DNA from: Octopus sinensis | Lineage: Eukaryota | Assembly: GCF_006345805.1 (NCBI RefSeq) | Contig: NC_043002.1 | Span: forward strand, 19,158,001 to 19,222,000 | DNA: 64,000 nucleotides | Direction: 5' to 3' | In this document: one piece after another, positions 1 through 13,123 of the stretch | How the letters are laid out: each line of letters opens with the position of its first letter | Position numbering within the stretch: position 1 is the stretch's first letter | The notes under the pieces: model-generated | Database searches by the model: none | What the model saw: the letters and a program-made list of their open reading frames with translations, nothing else | What the model was told of the DNA's origin: nothing | Program-made: the position numbers and the translations under genes

Positions 1-857
1 ACTATTGTAACATAACGTTTGTTCTTGATTTATCATGTGCATCATGACATGTTATTGGGAAATATTACAAAATGTTTGGAATAGCGTTTCATTTCTAATC
101 TTTTTTATTAGTTTGATATAGAGTAAGGTGAGTGCTTATAGCTTTTGCAGGCCACTACAAACCGATGGAATCGAGGCGGTTAATATTCCTCTTGAACAAT
201 TACAAGTTGATGGTAGCACTAAAAATAAGAACAAGGAGAAAATTCTAGAAAACCGAATTTTCTGGGGTGGAAGAAAAATGCTTTAATGGCTAGTGGGTAG
301 CTTTTGAGGATAAAATATGGCTAACATATAAGTAAGAGAGACGTGTAAGACTGGAATGGCTGAGTGGAAGTGCACAAGACACTCTAATTATAGGGATAGA
401 GCTAAAGTAGTAGCAACAGTAAACGCACAATGAAGAGACAGCATTTCTGTGGGCCAGAGGTTGACCCTGTTGGTGAGTGACTTTATACTTAGTAGGATGG
501 TCAGTTTTCAGATACAGCTTTGGATGCTGGCACTGTACCAGATATAAAAACAATACACCGCTTGAATTTTATAGAGGGATAGTAGTTGTGGTGGGCGGAA
601 ATATTTCATGATCTGATTGGAAGACCTCTGTTTATGGAATTTCTGTTTGGCTTGAAGTGATTAGGTTGTTCGTGGCTGATGTATGGGTGCGAACGTTTAA
701 GGAGGAATAAAGAGTGCTATCATCTGCATAGGCATGAGTGTTGGTGGACCTAGAAGCGTGAAGGTAATTGATGCAAAAGGATATAAATAAAATAGAATGT
801 AGGGGTGAGGATAAATTTTATATTGTGTAAATGGACAGACAGCGCTCTCTAGCACAC
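1..857 (-). mobile_element. Decayed CR1/L2/Jockey-group LINE reverse transcriptase 3' fragment
   Basis: THAYADDSTL with the RT YADD motif at 719-730; downstream LAHRNAVSSLCVYCCYYF resembles the LxHRRxVxSLxLFYRYY C-terminal motif of these LINEs. Confidence 0.65.
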
Positions 858-874
858 GCCCGTTAGAGGCTATC

Positions 875-1286
875 TGTTTCTTTATTACCCACAAGGGGTC
901 AAACATAGAGGGGACAAACAAGGACAGACAAACGGATTAAGTCGATTACATCGACCCCAGTACGTAACTGGTACTTAATTTATCGACTCCAAAAGGATGA
1001 AAGGCAAAGTCGACCTCGGCGGAATTTGAACGCAGAACGTAGCGGCAGACGAAATACCTATTTCTTTATTACCCACAAGGGGCTAAACACAGAGGGGACA
1101 AACAAGGACAGACATAGGTATTAGGTCGATTACATCGACCTCAGTGCGTAACTGGTACTTAATTTATCGACCCCGAAGAGATGAAAGGCAAAGTCGACCT
1201 CGGCGGAATTTGAACTCACAACGTAACGGCAGACGAAATACCGCTAAGCATTTCGCCCGGCGTGCTAACGTTTGTGCCAGCTCGCC
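875..1286 (-). mobile_element. tRNA-derived SINE with Nin-like core, two tandem body units
   Basis: Head GGCGGCGAGCTGGCA (A box) and GAGTTCAAATTCC (B box); core gtcgactttgcctttcatc.tt.ggggtcgataaattaagtacc; ~17-bp target-site duplication gcccgttagRggctatc at 858-874 and 1287-1303. Confidence 0.85.
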
Positions 1287-1354
1287 GCCCGTTAGGGGCT
1301 ATCGGCTTATGGAACAATACGATGACTACACCTGCTATGACACACATACACACG

Positions 1355-1400
<46 letters not shown>

Positions 1401-2269
1401 CCTTTCTCTCTCTCTCTCACTCTCTCATTTTATAGTATGTATATACCAAAGGTGACTCCAGATCATCAGCGTCACTCAGGCTCTTCACAGATTTCTGATA
1501 AGACAAATGCCTGCTCGAAGAATTTCACGTTTTTCCGCAATATTCCTAGCCTCAAGTGACTTAGGCTTATTTTCTATACCTAGCATTATGTCTTTCTCTA
1601 TTTCTAAGTTAAGTTAAGAAACTCTGCAAAACAACTGGACTTTACTCACTGACACACAGAATAATAGCAATGAAATAACGACATCGAAGTGCACAACAAC
1701 CATCTGTGATCTGACTGTCGCCTGTACTCTTGATAAGGGATGCCAGTTAGTCTTTTACACCTACCAGGCTCGTTCGTATTAGCCCAAGTTTCTGAATAAT
1801 TTTTCGTTCCCTTAAAAATATTGTAGAACGGGAACTTTTCATAAATTGGAATTTAAATCCTAATCACTATAGAAATAAATTGTTTCAGGAAAACATTGAA
1901 TTTGAATTACTTTTGATTTTTACGATGGTAGATAACAACTCGGGCTGTAACTTCTTAACCCGAGCCAGGCGCGTGTGAACGATGTCGCGAGAACGTCTGC
2001 TACGAATGTCATTTTTTGACACAGGGCACCTCTAAGACGACCGCCAGGCGCTGAACGAAAATAAATGAACTACGACCAGGCTCAATGAAAGAAGCCCGAG
2101 GTATTGGCTGAAATTACATACTTGAAGTTAGTGTTGGCAGAAATTAAATCAGCTTGCAAATACACGTTCACTTTACTAAATTTATACTCGGGTTAGGCCC
2201 GAACAGCACGAGTGTCGGAGTCACCACTAGTATATACAGATACATGTATGTATGTATATATAAATGGAT

Positions 2270-2590
2270 CTCAATCAGAAATCCCGACTAATTGAACTAC
2301 CAAGCTCAGGAAATTAGCATGAAATTGAAGGAGAATTTCACGGAATCAGTGTGACACAATGTAACAGGGCTGGACTTTCTGAACAAGAATTAAATTCCAT
2401 CTGGCGGATTTCTACACAATTTCCGTCTAGTCAATTATACTCGCAAAATATTTATATTTCTCCAACAACCGTTCAGAACCTATACGAGTCAATTCCTCGC
2501 CGTATTAAAGCTGTAATTGATGTCAAAGATGAACCAACTACTCACTGAATAATAAACTTCGATTTAACAAGGTATTTCCAACACTTGTGT
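2270..2590 (+). mobile_element. Tc1-like transposase C-terminal remnant
   Basis: TVQNLYESIPRRIKAVIDVKDEPTTH* matches the usual Tc1 C-terminus (xxNLxESIPRRxxAVxxxKGGPTxY). Confidence 0.7.
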
Positions 2591-2615
2591 ATGTATATAT
2601 GTATATAAATATATA

Positions 2616-2651
<36 letters not shown>

Positions 2652-2667
2652 TGTATGTATGTATGTA

Positions 2668-3562
2668 GTATGTAGAAAGACAAAGATAAAGGGGTACATG
2701 GCATGTGTGCTCCCTTCTCTTCGCTATGCCTGTGAGACATGGGTCACATATCGATACCACCTTAAACAACTGGAACGTTTCCATCAGATGTGCCTCAGAC
2801 GGATCTATGGCATTAAGAGGAAGGACTGCATAAGTGATCTTGAAATATTGGAAGGCTCTCGGTGTGAAAGTATAGAAGCTCTTGTGTTAAAGCAAAAGCT
2901 CAGATGGAGTGGTCATCTGGTCAGGATGAAGGATTCAAGGATGCCAAAACAACTCTTTTATGGAGAGTTAGTTAAAGGAGAACGACCTCCACATAAACCA
3001 AAAAAGAGGTATAAGGACTTGCTGAAGGCTTCCATAAGAGATGCTTGCATCTCTCCTGACACATGGGAAGGCATAGCTATTGATCGTAGCAGGTGGAGAA
3101 GGATTGTGCATGAGGGGACAGCCACTTTTGAGAAATCTCGAGTTGCATATGAGAAAGTAAGGAGGGATGTCAGGAAGGGCATCGCTGTTACACTTCCAGA
3201 AGGGAAGGGTCTTCCTTTGATGCTGACATGCAAAGCTGGACTCAAGAGTCATCTTCGTAGTCATTAAACGAGACAGATGAGTGACAACCTGGCCGCTGGT
3301 GGTGGTGTAACACACCATACTAATCATATCTGTCGGGCATGTGGAAGAGAGTGTAATTCGGCAGGGGGACTTAAACGACATGCAAAGGTACATGAAACCC
3401 AGTTACAACTACAGCCGGCTATTACCGGTAAAGGTTTTAGTTGCCAATTCTGTACAAGACATTGTAGATCTTTAGCTGGGCTAAAAAGTCACATTCGATC
3501 ACAGTACCAGTAACAGTTAAGCTTCGTGCAATGGCCATACTCGATAACGAGGGGCAGCCATA
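2668..3562 (+). mobile_element. 5'-truncated RTE-clade LINE 3' end with C-terminal C2H2-like fingers and (TATG)n tail
   Basis: YACETW...LERFHQMCLRRI...LRWSGHLVRMKDSRMPKQLFYGEL...KRYKD is typical RTE; CRACGRECNSAGGLKRHAKVH and CQFCTRHCRSLAGLKSH follow; (TATG)n on both sides. Confidence 0.9.
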
Positions 3563-3905
3563 ATGTATGTAAGTATGTATGTATGTATGTATGTATGTAT
3601 GTATGTATGTATGTATGTATGTATGTATGTATGTATAAGCAACAAGGATATCCAGAGGTAATGCAATACGATCGTTTCATGCAACTCCATTTAATTGAAC
3701 AATGAAACCATTACATCAATTTAAAATGCAGAACAAATCTTCACTTGCACAAAGACATAGAATTTAATTAAATTAGAACGGATGGACATATTAGTATAAT
3801 TAATCTAAAATCCCCAAGAATTTAAGCAGATAGACAATGAACATGCTGTTCTTACTCCAGCATATAAGTATGACAGTATGTATGTATGTGTGTGAGTGTG
3901 TGCGC

Positions 3906-3969
<64 letters not shown>

Positions 3970-4017
3970 GCGTACACACATACATACATACATACATACA
4001 AGTATAAATACATATAG

Positions 4018-4057
<40 letters not shown>

Positions 4058-4516
4058 TATTATATATATATATGCATATATGCGTGTCTGTGTGTCTGTG
4101 CGCGCGTGCGTGTATTTATGCACGTATGCCTGTATATATATTCATATATTCATATATGTATATATTAATCATATACGTCAACTCTAACATGATTAAAATA
4201 TGTTTTACCTTACTGATATATGTATTATGCATGTGTACACGTGTGTGTGTAGTAATCGTTTAGATATAATATATATATATGAATATATATATGTATATAT
4301 ATATATATTATATATATATATATCTATATATATATATATAATATATATATATTATATATATATATATGTATGTATGTATAACTCCAAACTTACAGGGAAA
4401 ATTTCGATTTAGTATTAAATCAAATTTCACAGTATAAATATATAAAATATAAATTAGAGATAAAACCACTATTATGCAACTCAAACAGTGATAGACATAA
4501 ACCAATACATAAATAA

Positions 4517-4567
<51 letters not shown>

Positions 4568-5233
4568 ATATATATAACTTATAACTAGATCTCAAAAAGT
4601 ATAAAATATAATATGTAAAAACACTACGTACGTTTCATGGCTACAATTAAATTCGAATTACAATTAAGTTAAAATTCAATTGAAATAAATTCGATTTAAA
4701 ATTATAGTCAATCTTCAGGTTAATGATAATAGTTAAATAAATAAGGAAATAGAGTTAAACAATATTTATTCAATAAATAAATAAATAATAATTTTTCTTA
4801 TAGAAAAAACTATATTAACTAAATTATAAACTTAAAACATTAGGATTATTTCCTACAACACATTTATTATGTTAAATATTTAATTTTTAATTTTTCAAGT
4901 AAAAAATAGATAGAAATATGTATTTATCTCTGAAGATATAATTTGGCTTTAAAAAACATAATAAACTCTCGAATATCTTCAACTTAGTTATACTCCAATA
5001 TTTAATTACCAAATTATTTAACAAAATAATCGCTATCAATATTTTTAGATTCAAGTTCACATCTAATAATTATAAAATAATATATACATAAAAATAAGTA
5101 TCTAAATTATAATCAACAAATATAGTAATTAAAAATCTAATATTTTCTCTATCAATAAATATATAGACATATATAAAAATAAATAAATTAATTAGTCCAT
5201 TATTACTTACATAAATATTATAAATACCTATAG

Positions 5234-5282
<49 letters not shown>

Positions 5283-5368
5283 ATATGTATGTGTATACAT
5301 ATGTATATATGTACGTATGGATGTATGTATGTATGTGTACATATATACATATATATGTTTATATGTGT

Positions 5369-5539
5369 GTAGCCATGATAAAACTCCGAGTTTCAGATGC
5401 CGAGGTGGAAAACTACGCGGTCATCTCTTCAGTTATCCGGCCATCGGAAAAATGCTATGAAAAATGACCGGATTACTGAAGAGATAGCGGCGTGGTTTTC
5501 CACCTCGGCATCCGAAACTCGGAGTTTTATCATGGCTAC
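5369..5539. ncRNA. ~170-bp palindrome carrying a type I hammerhead-like motif on each strand
   Basis: Arms 5369-5440 and 5468-5539. Each strand reads GATWA-CTGAAGA-GAT(G)...(C)ATC-Y-GAAAC-TCGGA-GTT-TTATC: stem I, core, stem II, GAAA, stem III, GUU site. Confidence 0.6.
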
Positions 5540-5594
5540 CAGATTTACATAATATCGAGGTCTCTCTCATTCTTTTGTTGTCTTACCATTTTTA

Positions 5595-5646
<52 letters not shown>

Positions 5647-5924
5647 ACACACACACACATATATATATATGTATATATGTATATATATGGAGATCTTCTG
5701 ACGGAATGACAAAGAACCAGATAGATTTCATTTTTGTTCAAGAAAGATGAAAATGAAACATCACAAATTGCAGGATATACACTGGCGCTGACTGCGACTC
5801 TAACCACTATCTTCTGATGGCTACATGGAGAATGCGAATGAAAAACTTGAAAAAGGAATTCCCCACCCCTACGATATGACCTCGAAAATCTCAATAAAGA
5901 TTACACGGTAGTTATCAACAACAG

Positions 5925-6157
5925 GCGGCGAGCTGGCAGAAACGTTAGCACGTCGGGCGAGACGCTTAGTGGTATTTCGTCTGCTGTTACGTTCTGAGTT
6001 CAAATCCGCCGAGGTCGACTTTGCCTTTCATCCTTTCGGGGTCGATTAAATAAGTACCAGTTACGCACAAGGGTCGATATAATCGACTTAATTCGTTTGT
6101 CTGTCCTTGTTTCTTTGTCTCCTCTATGTTTAGCCCCTTGTGGGTAGTAAAGAAATA
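5925..6157 (+). mobile_element. Nin-like tRNA SINE, single unit
   Basis: Full head and body ending aaagaaata; perfect 18-bp TSD ggtagttatcaacaacag at 5907-5924 and 6158-6175. Confidence 0.9.
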
Positions 6158-6828
6158 GGTAGTTATCAACAACAGACTCGAAACGATACTCAAGATTTGA
6201 GAAGGCAAGAGCCCAGACAAATTGTGGCAATTGATAAGTGAAATTCTTGAATATACACTTACTAATGAGAAAGAGAATCAAAAAGCAACTATGGAGTTCT
6301 GTAGCAACTATGACTCTTGTTGAGAAGACTAGGAAAACAACAACTTTGGGTTCCAATTTTGAATGTAAAAAGATCAACAAAGAAATTAAACGAGAATGTG
6401 GGAAAAATTAAAAACAATTACATAACCAATTTGTGCGAAAATCTAGAAGAACAAGCAAAATACAATAACTCGAAAGGAATTTCCCAATAGGTGAAGGAAC
6501 TCAAAGGAGAATACACTGCTCAGATGGACAGTATTAAATCAGGAGGAATAATCATAACAGCAGCACAACAGGTAGAGTACACCAAGAAATTGTATGAAAT
6601 CGGTCCAAAGATCGCCTTGGTTGACAGATTTAAGGTAAGAGAATGAACTTGGACCACTAATAAGTGAAGTAGAAAGAGCTCTGAAAAAGATAAAACAAAA
6701 ACAGGGAAGCTCAGTGTCTAGATACAGTATCGATTGAACTGATCAAAGGTGCATAATAATACTCCACAACCTCAACTGTAAGACCTGGAGAGAGAAAGAA
6801 TGGCAGTAGAACAAGAGACAGGCAAAGA

Positions 6829-7438
6829 CGGCGAGCTGGCAGAAACGTTAGCACACCAGGCGAAATCCTTAGCAGTATTTTGTCTGCCGCTACGTTCTGA
6901 GTTCAAATTCCGCCGAGGTCGACTTTGCCTTTCATCCTTTCGGGGTCGATAAATTAAGTACCAGTCACGCACTGGGGTCGATATAATCGACTTAATCCGT
7001 TTGTCTGTCCTTGTTTTTCCTCTCTGTGTTTAGCCCCTTGTGGGTAGTAAAGAAATAGGTATTTCGTCTGCCGACCCCAAAAGGATGAAAGGCAAAGTCA
7101 AATTCCGCCGTGGTCGACTTTGCCTTTCATCTTTTCGGGGTTGATAAATTAAGTACCAGTTACGCACTGGGGTCGATGTAATCGACTTAATCCGTCTGTC
7201 TGTCCTAGTTCGTCTCCTCTGTGTTTAGCCCCTTGTGGGCAGTGAAGAAATAGGTATTTCGCCTGCCGCTACGTTCTGAGTTCAAATTCCGCCGAGGTCG
7301 ACTTTGCCTTTCATCCTTTCGGGGTCGATTAAATAAGTACCAGTTACGCACCGGGGGTCGATATAACCGACTTAATCCATTTGTCTGTCCTTGTCTGTCC
7401 CATCTGTGTGTAACCCCTTGTGGGCAGTAAAGAAATAA
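6829..7438 (+). mobile_element. Nin-like tRNA SINE, about three tandem body units with an internal rearrangement at ~7075-7110
   Basis: One head followed by repeated ggtatttcg...aaagaaata units. Confidence 0.85.
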
Positions 7439-7583
7439 GAGGCAAGCAAAGATCGCAATGGATGGACAATATCAAGAGCTGGTTGGACAAAAGTAGCAAG
7501 AGAGTTGGATAACTCGCGCTTAATCGGGAAGACTTTCGTTGTAGTGTCATCAATGCGCTGCAGACGTACGATACGTAACAACG

Positions 7584-7584
<1 letters not shown>

Positions 7585-7679
<95 letters not shown>

Positions 7680-7687
7680 GTCTATCT
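7585..7687. repeat. (TATC)n microsatellite
   Basis: Directly visible; source of the YLSI-repeat ORF. Confidence 0.95.
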
Positions 7688-8112
7688 ACATACTACAATT
7701 TTTTCTCATTATTGCTGTTTTGTGCCCATCCGGTGATATTATTTTACTGTGAATATTAAACTTGAAGAGATAAAATGGCGAGCTGGCAGAACTGTTACTG
7801 AGTCGGTCAAAATGATTAGCAACATTTATTCCTTCTTTTACGTTCTGAGCTCAAACTTCGCCGTGGACGACTTTCGGGATCGATAAAATAAGTACCAGCT
7901 GTGCACTGGGGTCAATATAATCGACTTACACCTGTTCTCTGCAAGAAATTGCAAGGCCAGCAAGAAATTGTTGGCCTTGTGCTAAAATTTGTAGCCGATA
8001 TTAAATTTGAAGAGTCATAGAACAAGGACTTAATATACATACGAACACACTCATATGTATATATATATGTGTGTATATATATATATGTATAAGATTATAT
8101 ATATACTTATAT

Positions 8113-8195
<83 letters not shown>

Positions 8196-8485
8196 TGTAC
8201 ATACTTATTCTATATAGAATTAAGAATAAAACCAGGTGGTCAGCGTGAAATAAAAACCTCATCGGTAATTTATGCATGCTAAAATTTAGGAAAATTCAGG
8301 AAAAAACCTTCACCGATACGCTAAAATATAGCTGCCGATGGCACTGAAAAAAACCCCACCGTAAATCTCTCACAGCACACATTGTAAGTGTGCAAATGAA
8401 AAATAATAAATGGAGCTTCACAATTAATTTTGTATTGGAACCAATTTCGGGCTGAAAGCAATGAAATGCCTAGTGAAGTTCTATT

Positions 8486-8552
<67 letters not shown>

Positions 8553-8556
8553 ATAT

Positions 8557-8852
8557 AAAGGAAATGAAGAAAATGCTGATAAAATAATTTAAGTAAGGGA
8601 GAGTGTATTTAATTTACCGGTTGCGCATTTGTTATGCTTATCAAAAGATATTTTTTAAAAGAGATAGAGTTCCTTTCTGATAGATTTTTTTCTCAGATTT
8701 TTTTCTCAGATAAGAGAAAAAAATCTATCAGAAAGGAACTCTATCTCTTTTAAAAAAATATCTTTTGATAAGCATAACAAATGCGCAACCGGTAAATTAA
8801 ATACACTCTCCCATACTTAAATTATTTTGTCAGCATTTTCTTCATTTCCTTT
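8557..8852. repeat. ~296-bp near-perfect palindrome (arms ~137 bp) with degenerate hammerhead-like motif
   Basis: Arms 8557-8694 and 8714-8852; each strand contains TTGATAA-GCAT-AACAA-ATGC-GCAAC-CG-GTA, with the core mutated at GAAA. Confidence 0.8.
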
Positions 8853-8889
8853 TTTTATATATCACAACTCGTGCTCCACATCTCCTTTT

Positions 8890-8966
<77 letters not shown>

Positions 8967-9010
8967 TATATATATATAATATATATATATATATAATATA
9001 TATATATATA

Positions 9011-11270
9011 CAGGCATACTCCACCTTACACTGTTAATTGGTTCCAGGAGACACGTCATAAGTCGAATTAACTTGTCTCTAGGCTAAACCGATAATAACT
9101 ATTCCCACTTCTGTTCTTTATTTATGAATGCCTTTTCAATAATGCATGGTTAATAAAAACCTATTCTAAGCTTACAAACAAATAAATTTTATTTTTTAAT
9201 ACAGTTCAGTAAAAAAAAAGTAATGGTAAAATAGAAGCCTTTTTTAAGCTTAAAAACAAATTCAGTAACTATCATTATTTTTCAACAGTAAGAAACAAAA
9301 ACTAAATTATTTTAAATACCCTACTACAAACATGCAATTTGGTGGTTTACATCGCGGATGTAGATGGCTGTGGATCGTCAACATCAACAGCTGACTCTGG
9401 TTGTTCTTGACCTTTTTCGATCTATGCAAATGCTTGCTACATTCTCTTAATGGTAAAGTGACGTGGCTCAGGGTCGACTTCCTCTTCTTCTTTATTTTGC
9501 TGCTCGTGAAGCTCTATCAAATCATCGTTCATCAAGGACTGCTTGTCTTTTTCAAATAAATCTGTAAAATACTCCTCCTCCAAATCCATTTCCAGTTCTT
9601 TGCTCGTAGTCACTAACGTTTTGTTGAAGGCAACATTATCAGGCTCCTTAAAATCATTCACGGATTGCAGGCAAAGCTTCTTCATACACCATTCATAGCT
9701 GCGCTCTGTACAGTATTCCATGCCGCTGCTATGTTCTGTACAGCCTCGTAGATATCGTAACTCTTCCAAAAGTCAAGTGTGATAGGCTCATCAAGATCAG
9801 TTGCAGCTATTACTTGCCTCAGTGTACGCTTCATATAGTAACGCCTGAAGATAGCAATTATTCCCTGATCAATTGGCTGCAGAAGAGACGTAGTATTTGG
9901 AGGGAGGTATACGTCGGTAACGTTGGGGTCAAAATCTACGATGTTTTGCGGGTGGCCAGGAGCATTATCTAAGATAAGTAAAACCTTGAAAGGAATTCCC
10001 TTCTCCTTACAATACTCTGCTGCTGGGATAAAATTATCGAAGAACCAATCTTCAAAATCAACAACAGTAACCCATGCTTATGGATTAGCCATCCATATAA
10101 CAGGAGAAAATGCCTTGGGTATGTTCTTCAGGGCACGGGGGTTGATTGCATGATACACAAGCAGTGGCTTTAACTTAAAATCTCCTGTACAATTACCTCC
10201 CAACATAGTGGTCACACGTTCTTTTGAGATCTTGTAGCCTGGAATAGTTTTCTCCTTGTTGGAAATGAATGAACGGTATGACAATTTTTTCCAATATAAT
10301 CCAGTTTCGTCTACGGTAAAAATCTGTTCGGGAAGAAACCCATTTTTTCGATGATTTTCTTTAATGCATTAGGAAATTCTGTTGGTGCTTGTTTGTCAGC
10401 TGATGCACTTTCACCTTGCTTCTTAATGGAGTAATAACTTCTTCGCTCCTTAAATCTCATGAACCATCCTTGACTTGCCTTGAACTCTACATCTTTCTCA
10501 TCTGGATATTTTTTCTTCAGGTCTTCAAGCAAAGACAACACTTTCTCTTGAATGTTTACTTGACTAAGAGTAGCATGCTGACGATTCAAACTAACAATTC
10601 AAAGAGAAAGAAGTTTTTCCCTTTCTTCAAAGATTTTGCCTCTTTTCTTATTGATGGCAGTGTTCTTGATCCCTGTCCGACTCATTCCAAAAGACCGTGC
10701 ACTTGCTACACTTTTTCACCTTTTTCATGGCGTTTTATCATAGCCAGTTTATCTTCCAGCGTTATAGCATGATGCTTAGTACTTTCACTATGAATTTTCT
10801 GAGGAGCCAAGGGAGCCAAAAATAAAGTCACAAATGAATGAGAATGAGAAAAGAGCCGATAAACAGACGTAAACAAATCTGAATTCAAAACAATCGCGGG
10901 AATCACGAGTGCAGCGACGCCTAACGGTAGAAATTGGAACTACAGTGCAATATGAGCTCCGAAAGACCGATAAATAAGACAACACAGATGATTTAATGAT
11001 TTCGTTCACTAAGCTACACTACTTTATGATGTGTATCTTAACATTTACTGTACATATTTTAATATGATTTTGTATGCTTTTATTCTTATTCATTATACAG
11101 AAACATTGCTTTATGTGCTTTTAACGATTTTCTAGTGATTTTATGATTCCAATATTTGTAGCAGACAAATGTAAAGTTGAGTAAAATGGCTTAACTTTTT
11201 ATTTTTCCATATATTACTTTTGAACACCAACGTATAATTGAGAATGACTTAAATCGAAACGACTTAAGTC
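9011..11270 (-). mobile_element. Tigger/pogo-family DNA transposon, frameshifted transposase (ends approximate)
   Basis: HTH-psq (ITLEDKLAMIKRHEKGEK); CENP-B-type HTH (FKASQGWFMRFKER); DDE_1 motifs (DETGLYWK, KERVTTMLGGNCTGDFKLKPLLVY). Confidence 0.9.
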
Positions 11271-11310
11271 TCTCTATCTCTCTCTCTCTCACCATATCTC
11301 TCTCTCTTTC

Positions 11311-11348
<38 letters not shown>

Positions 11349-11622
11349 CATATATATGTATATATATATGTATGTATATTTATATATATATATGTATATA
11401 TATGCATATATACTTATATTTATGTGCATATATAAGTATGTATACTTATATATATATATGTGTGTGTGTATATGTATATATACATATATCTATAAATATA
11501 TATATATATAATTGAAATTTACAGAAAAACAAACGACGAAGACAGGTGTATAAATAAGCAGGTGTATACACACACACATATATATATATGTATATATATA
11601 TATATAATATATATATATATAC

Positions 11623-11857
11623 ACAGAGTTGGACAAAAGTCACCTGACAATAAATCAAAACCATTTAATTCCAAGATTTATTTATGTTTAACAATGAATA
11701 AATTTAATAAAAGCATCTAAATATGAAACATCACGGAAATTGTTCAAAAGGAAGTCCTTCTTGAGCGGCACATTTTCCCAATCGAGTCAATACAGAATTA
11801 CAGATAGTATTTATGGAATTTTTGATTTACTGCCGAGTGACTTTTGGCCAACACTAT
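11623..11857. mobile_element. Tc1/mariner-type MITE
   Basis: ~20-bp TIRs cagagttggacaaaagtcac / gtgacttttggccaacacta within (TA)n. Confidence 0.6.
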
Positions 11858-11878
11858 ATATATATATATATATATATG

Positions 11879-11920
<42 letters not shown>

Positions 11921-12203
11921 TGAAGAGAGAGAGAGAGAGATGGAGAGAGAGAGAGAGAGAGAGAGATATCTAATATAGGATAAAATTTCTTTCGAAAAAA
12001 AAATTTATCAATGGCCAGCATATTAAAAAATACCTTTAAAGTTTAAATTTATAAACAACTTATAAACAAGGGCAAAAGAAAAAAATTATAATGCCAAATA
12101 TGCCGAAATAGACTTAATCGTCAATAACCATATAGTTTATCACTATAAGCACGTATTTCGAAGAAAACCGACAGAAATTTGCTAAAAAATTCCGTTATTA
12201 CCA

Positions 12204-12257
12204 TATCGGACCCGATTTCAGAGTTGGTTCGTAAGAACCTTCCCTTCGTCAGTGATA
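12204..12257 (-). ncRNA. Type I hammerhead ribozyme-like motif in a probable Penelope-like terminal fragment (~11990-12305)
   Basis: TATC-A-CTGACGA-[AGGG AA GGTTC TTAC GAACC AA CTCT]-GAAA-TCGGG-TC-C-GATA: intact core, well-paired stem II, GUC site; one A.C mismatch in stem I. Confidence 0.55.
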
Positions 12258-12907
12258 AATGCGGCAAAGGAATAAAGTTTTTCTTTTGTCCTTGTTTATA
12301 AGTTGTATATTATATATATATATATATATATAATCAGTTGGTTTGGATCCAATTGTTCGGTACCTTTCAGCATGTAATTGACCAGCGGTTTACATTTTAG
12401 GGACACAAATAAATAAGTGAATGAATTTATTTATCAATTAGTTATATATCCATTCTCTCATTCCATCACAAGACTAAGAACAATTATTTAATGATATCAA
12501 ATATTCCACAACTCCAGTCGCAGTGGCAACATTAGTCATGAATGTTAAGCGGGGAAGCAATATAACAAAAGGAGATGAATGGAAGATGGCGGTGTAATAC
12601 GTGCTAAATGTTACACTAGCATAGTACTGTATTTATAATTCGTGCACTACGTGATACAAAGATACCAGGTATTTCATTAGGCACCTGGGTGCTAGTAGAA
12701 TAAAAATCGATTTTAATCGACAAGCAATTGGTACCTGATGGCTCGAGTATTGAATAATGAATAAACTACTATGCACGAATAATGAATAAACTACTATGCT
12801 ATTGAAAGCTATGTAAAATAGATTGAACTGGCATTGTCCATTCATCTTCTTATATTACACATACACACACGCGCTCACAAACACACCCATATATGCATAT
12901 ATGCATG

Positions 12908-12981
<74 letters not shown>

Positions 12982-13123
12982 TTATACATCATACATACAT
13001 ACACACAAGCATGCTTGCATACATACATAGATACATATATACATACATATATATATATATATACACACATACATACATATATATATATACATCATACATA
13101 TACATACATACATATATATATAA

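Larger units (their letters stand above)
5686..7590 (+). mobile_element. Decayed RTE-like LINE split by two SINE insertions, ending in (TATC)n
   Basis: APE C-terminal motifs (TKNQIDFIF; YTGADCDSNHYLLMA) at 5700-5840; EVERALKK...DTVSIELIKG near 6660-6750; GKQRSQWMDNIKSW near 7440-7500. Confidence 0.7.

Noticed and set aside
1650-1703. MVVVHFDVVISLLLFCVS followed by GTGAGT on the minus strand, a possible signal exon
   Set aside because: No polypyrimidine acceptor, phase 0 (the family uses phase 1), and no downstream partner exon found.
6829-7438. Regular repeats resembling a CRISPR array
   Set aside because: The units are contiguous ~190-bp SINE bodies without unique spacers, in a eukaryotic context.
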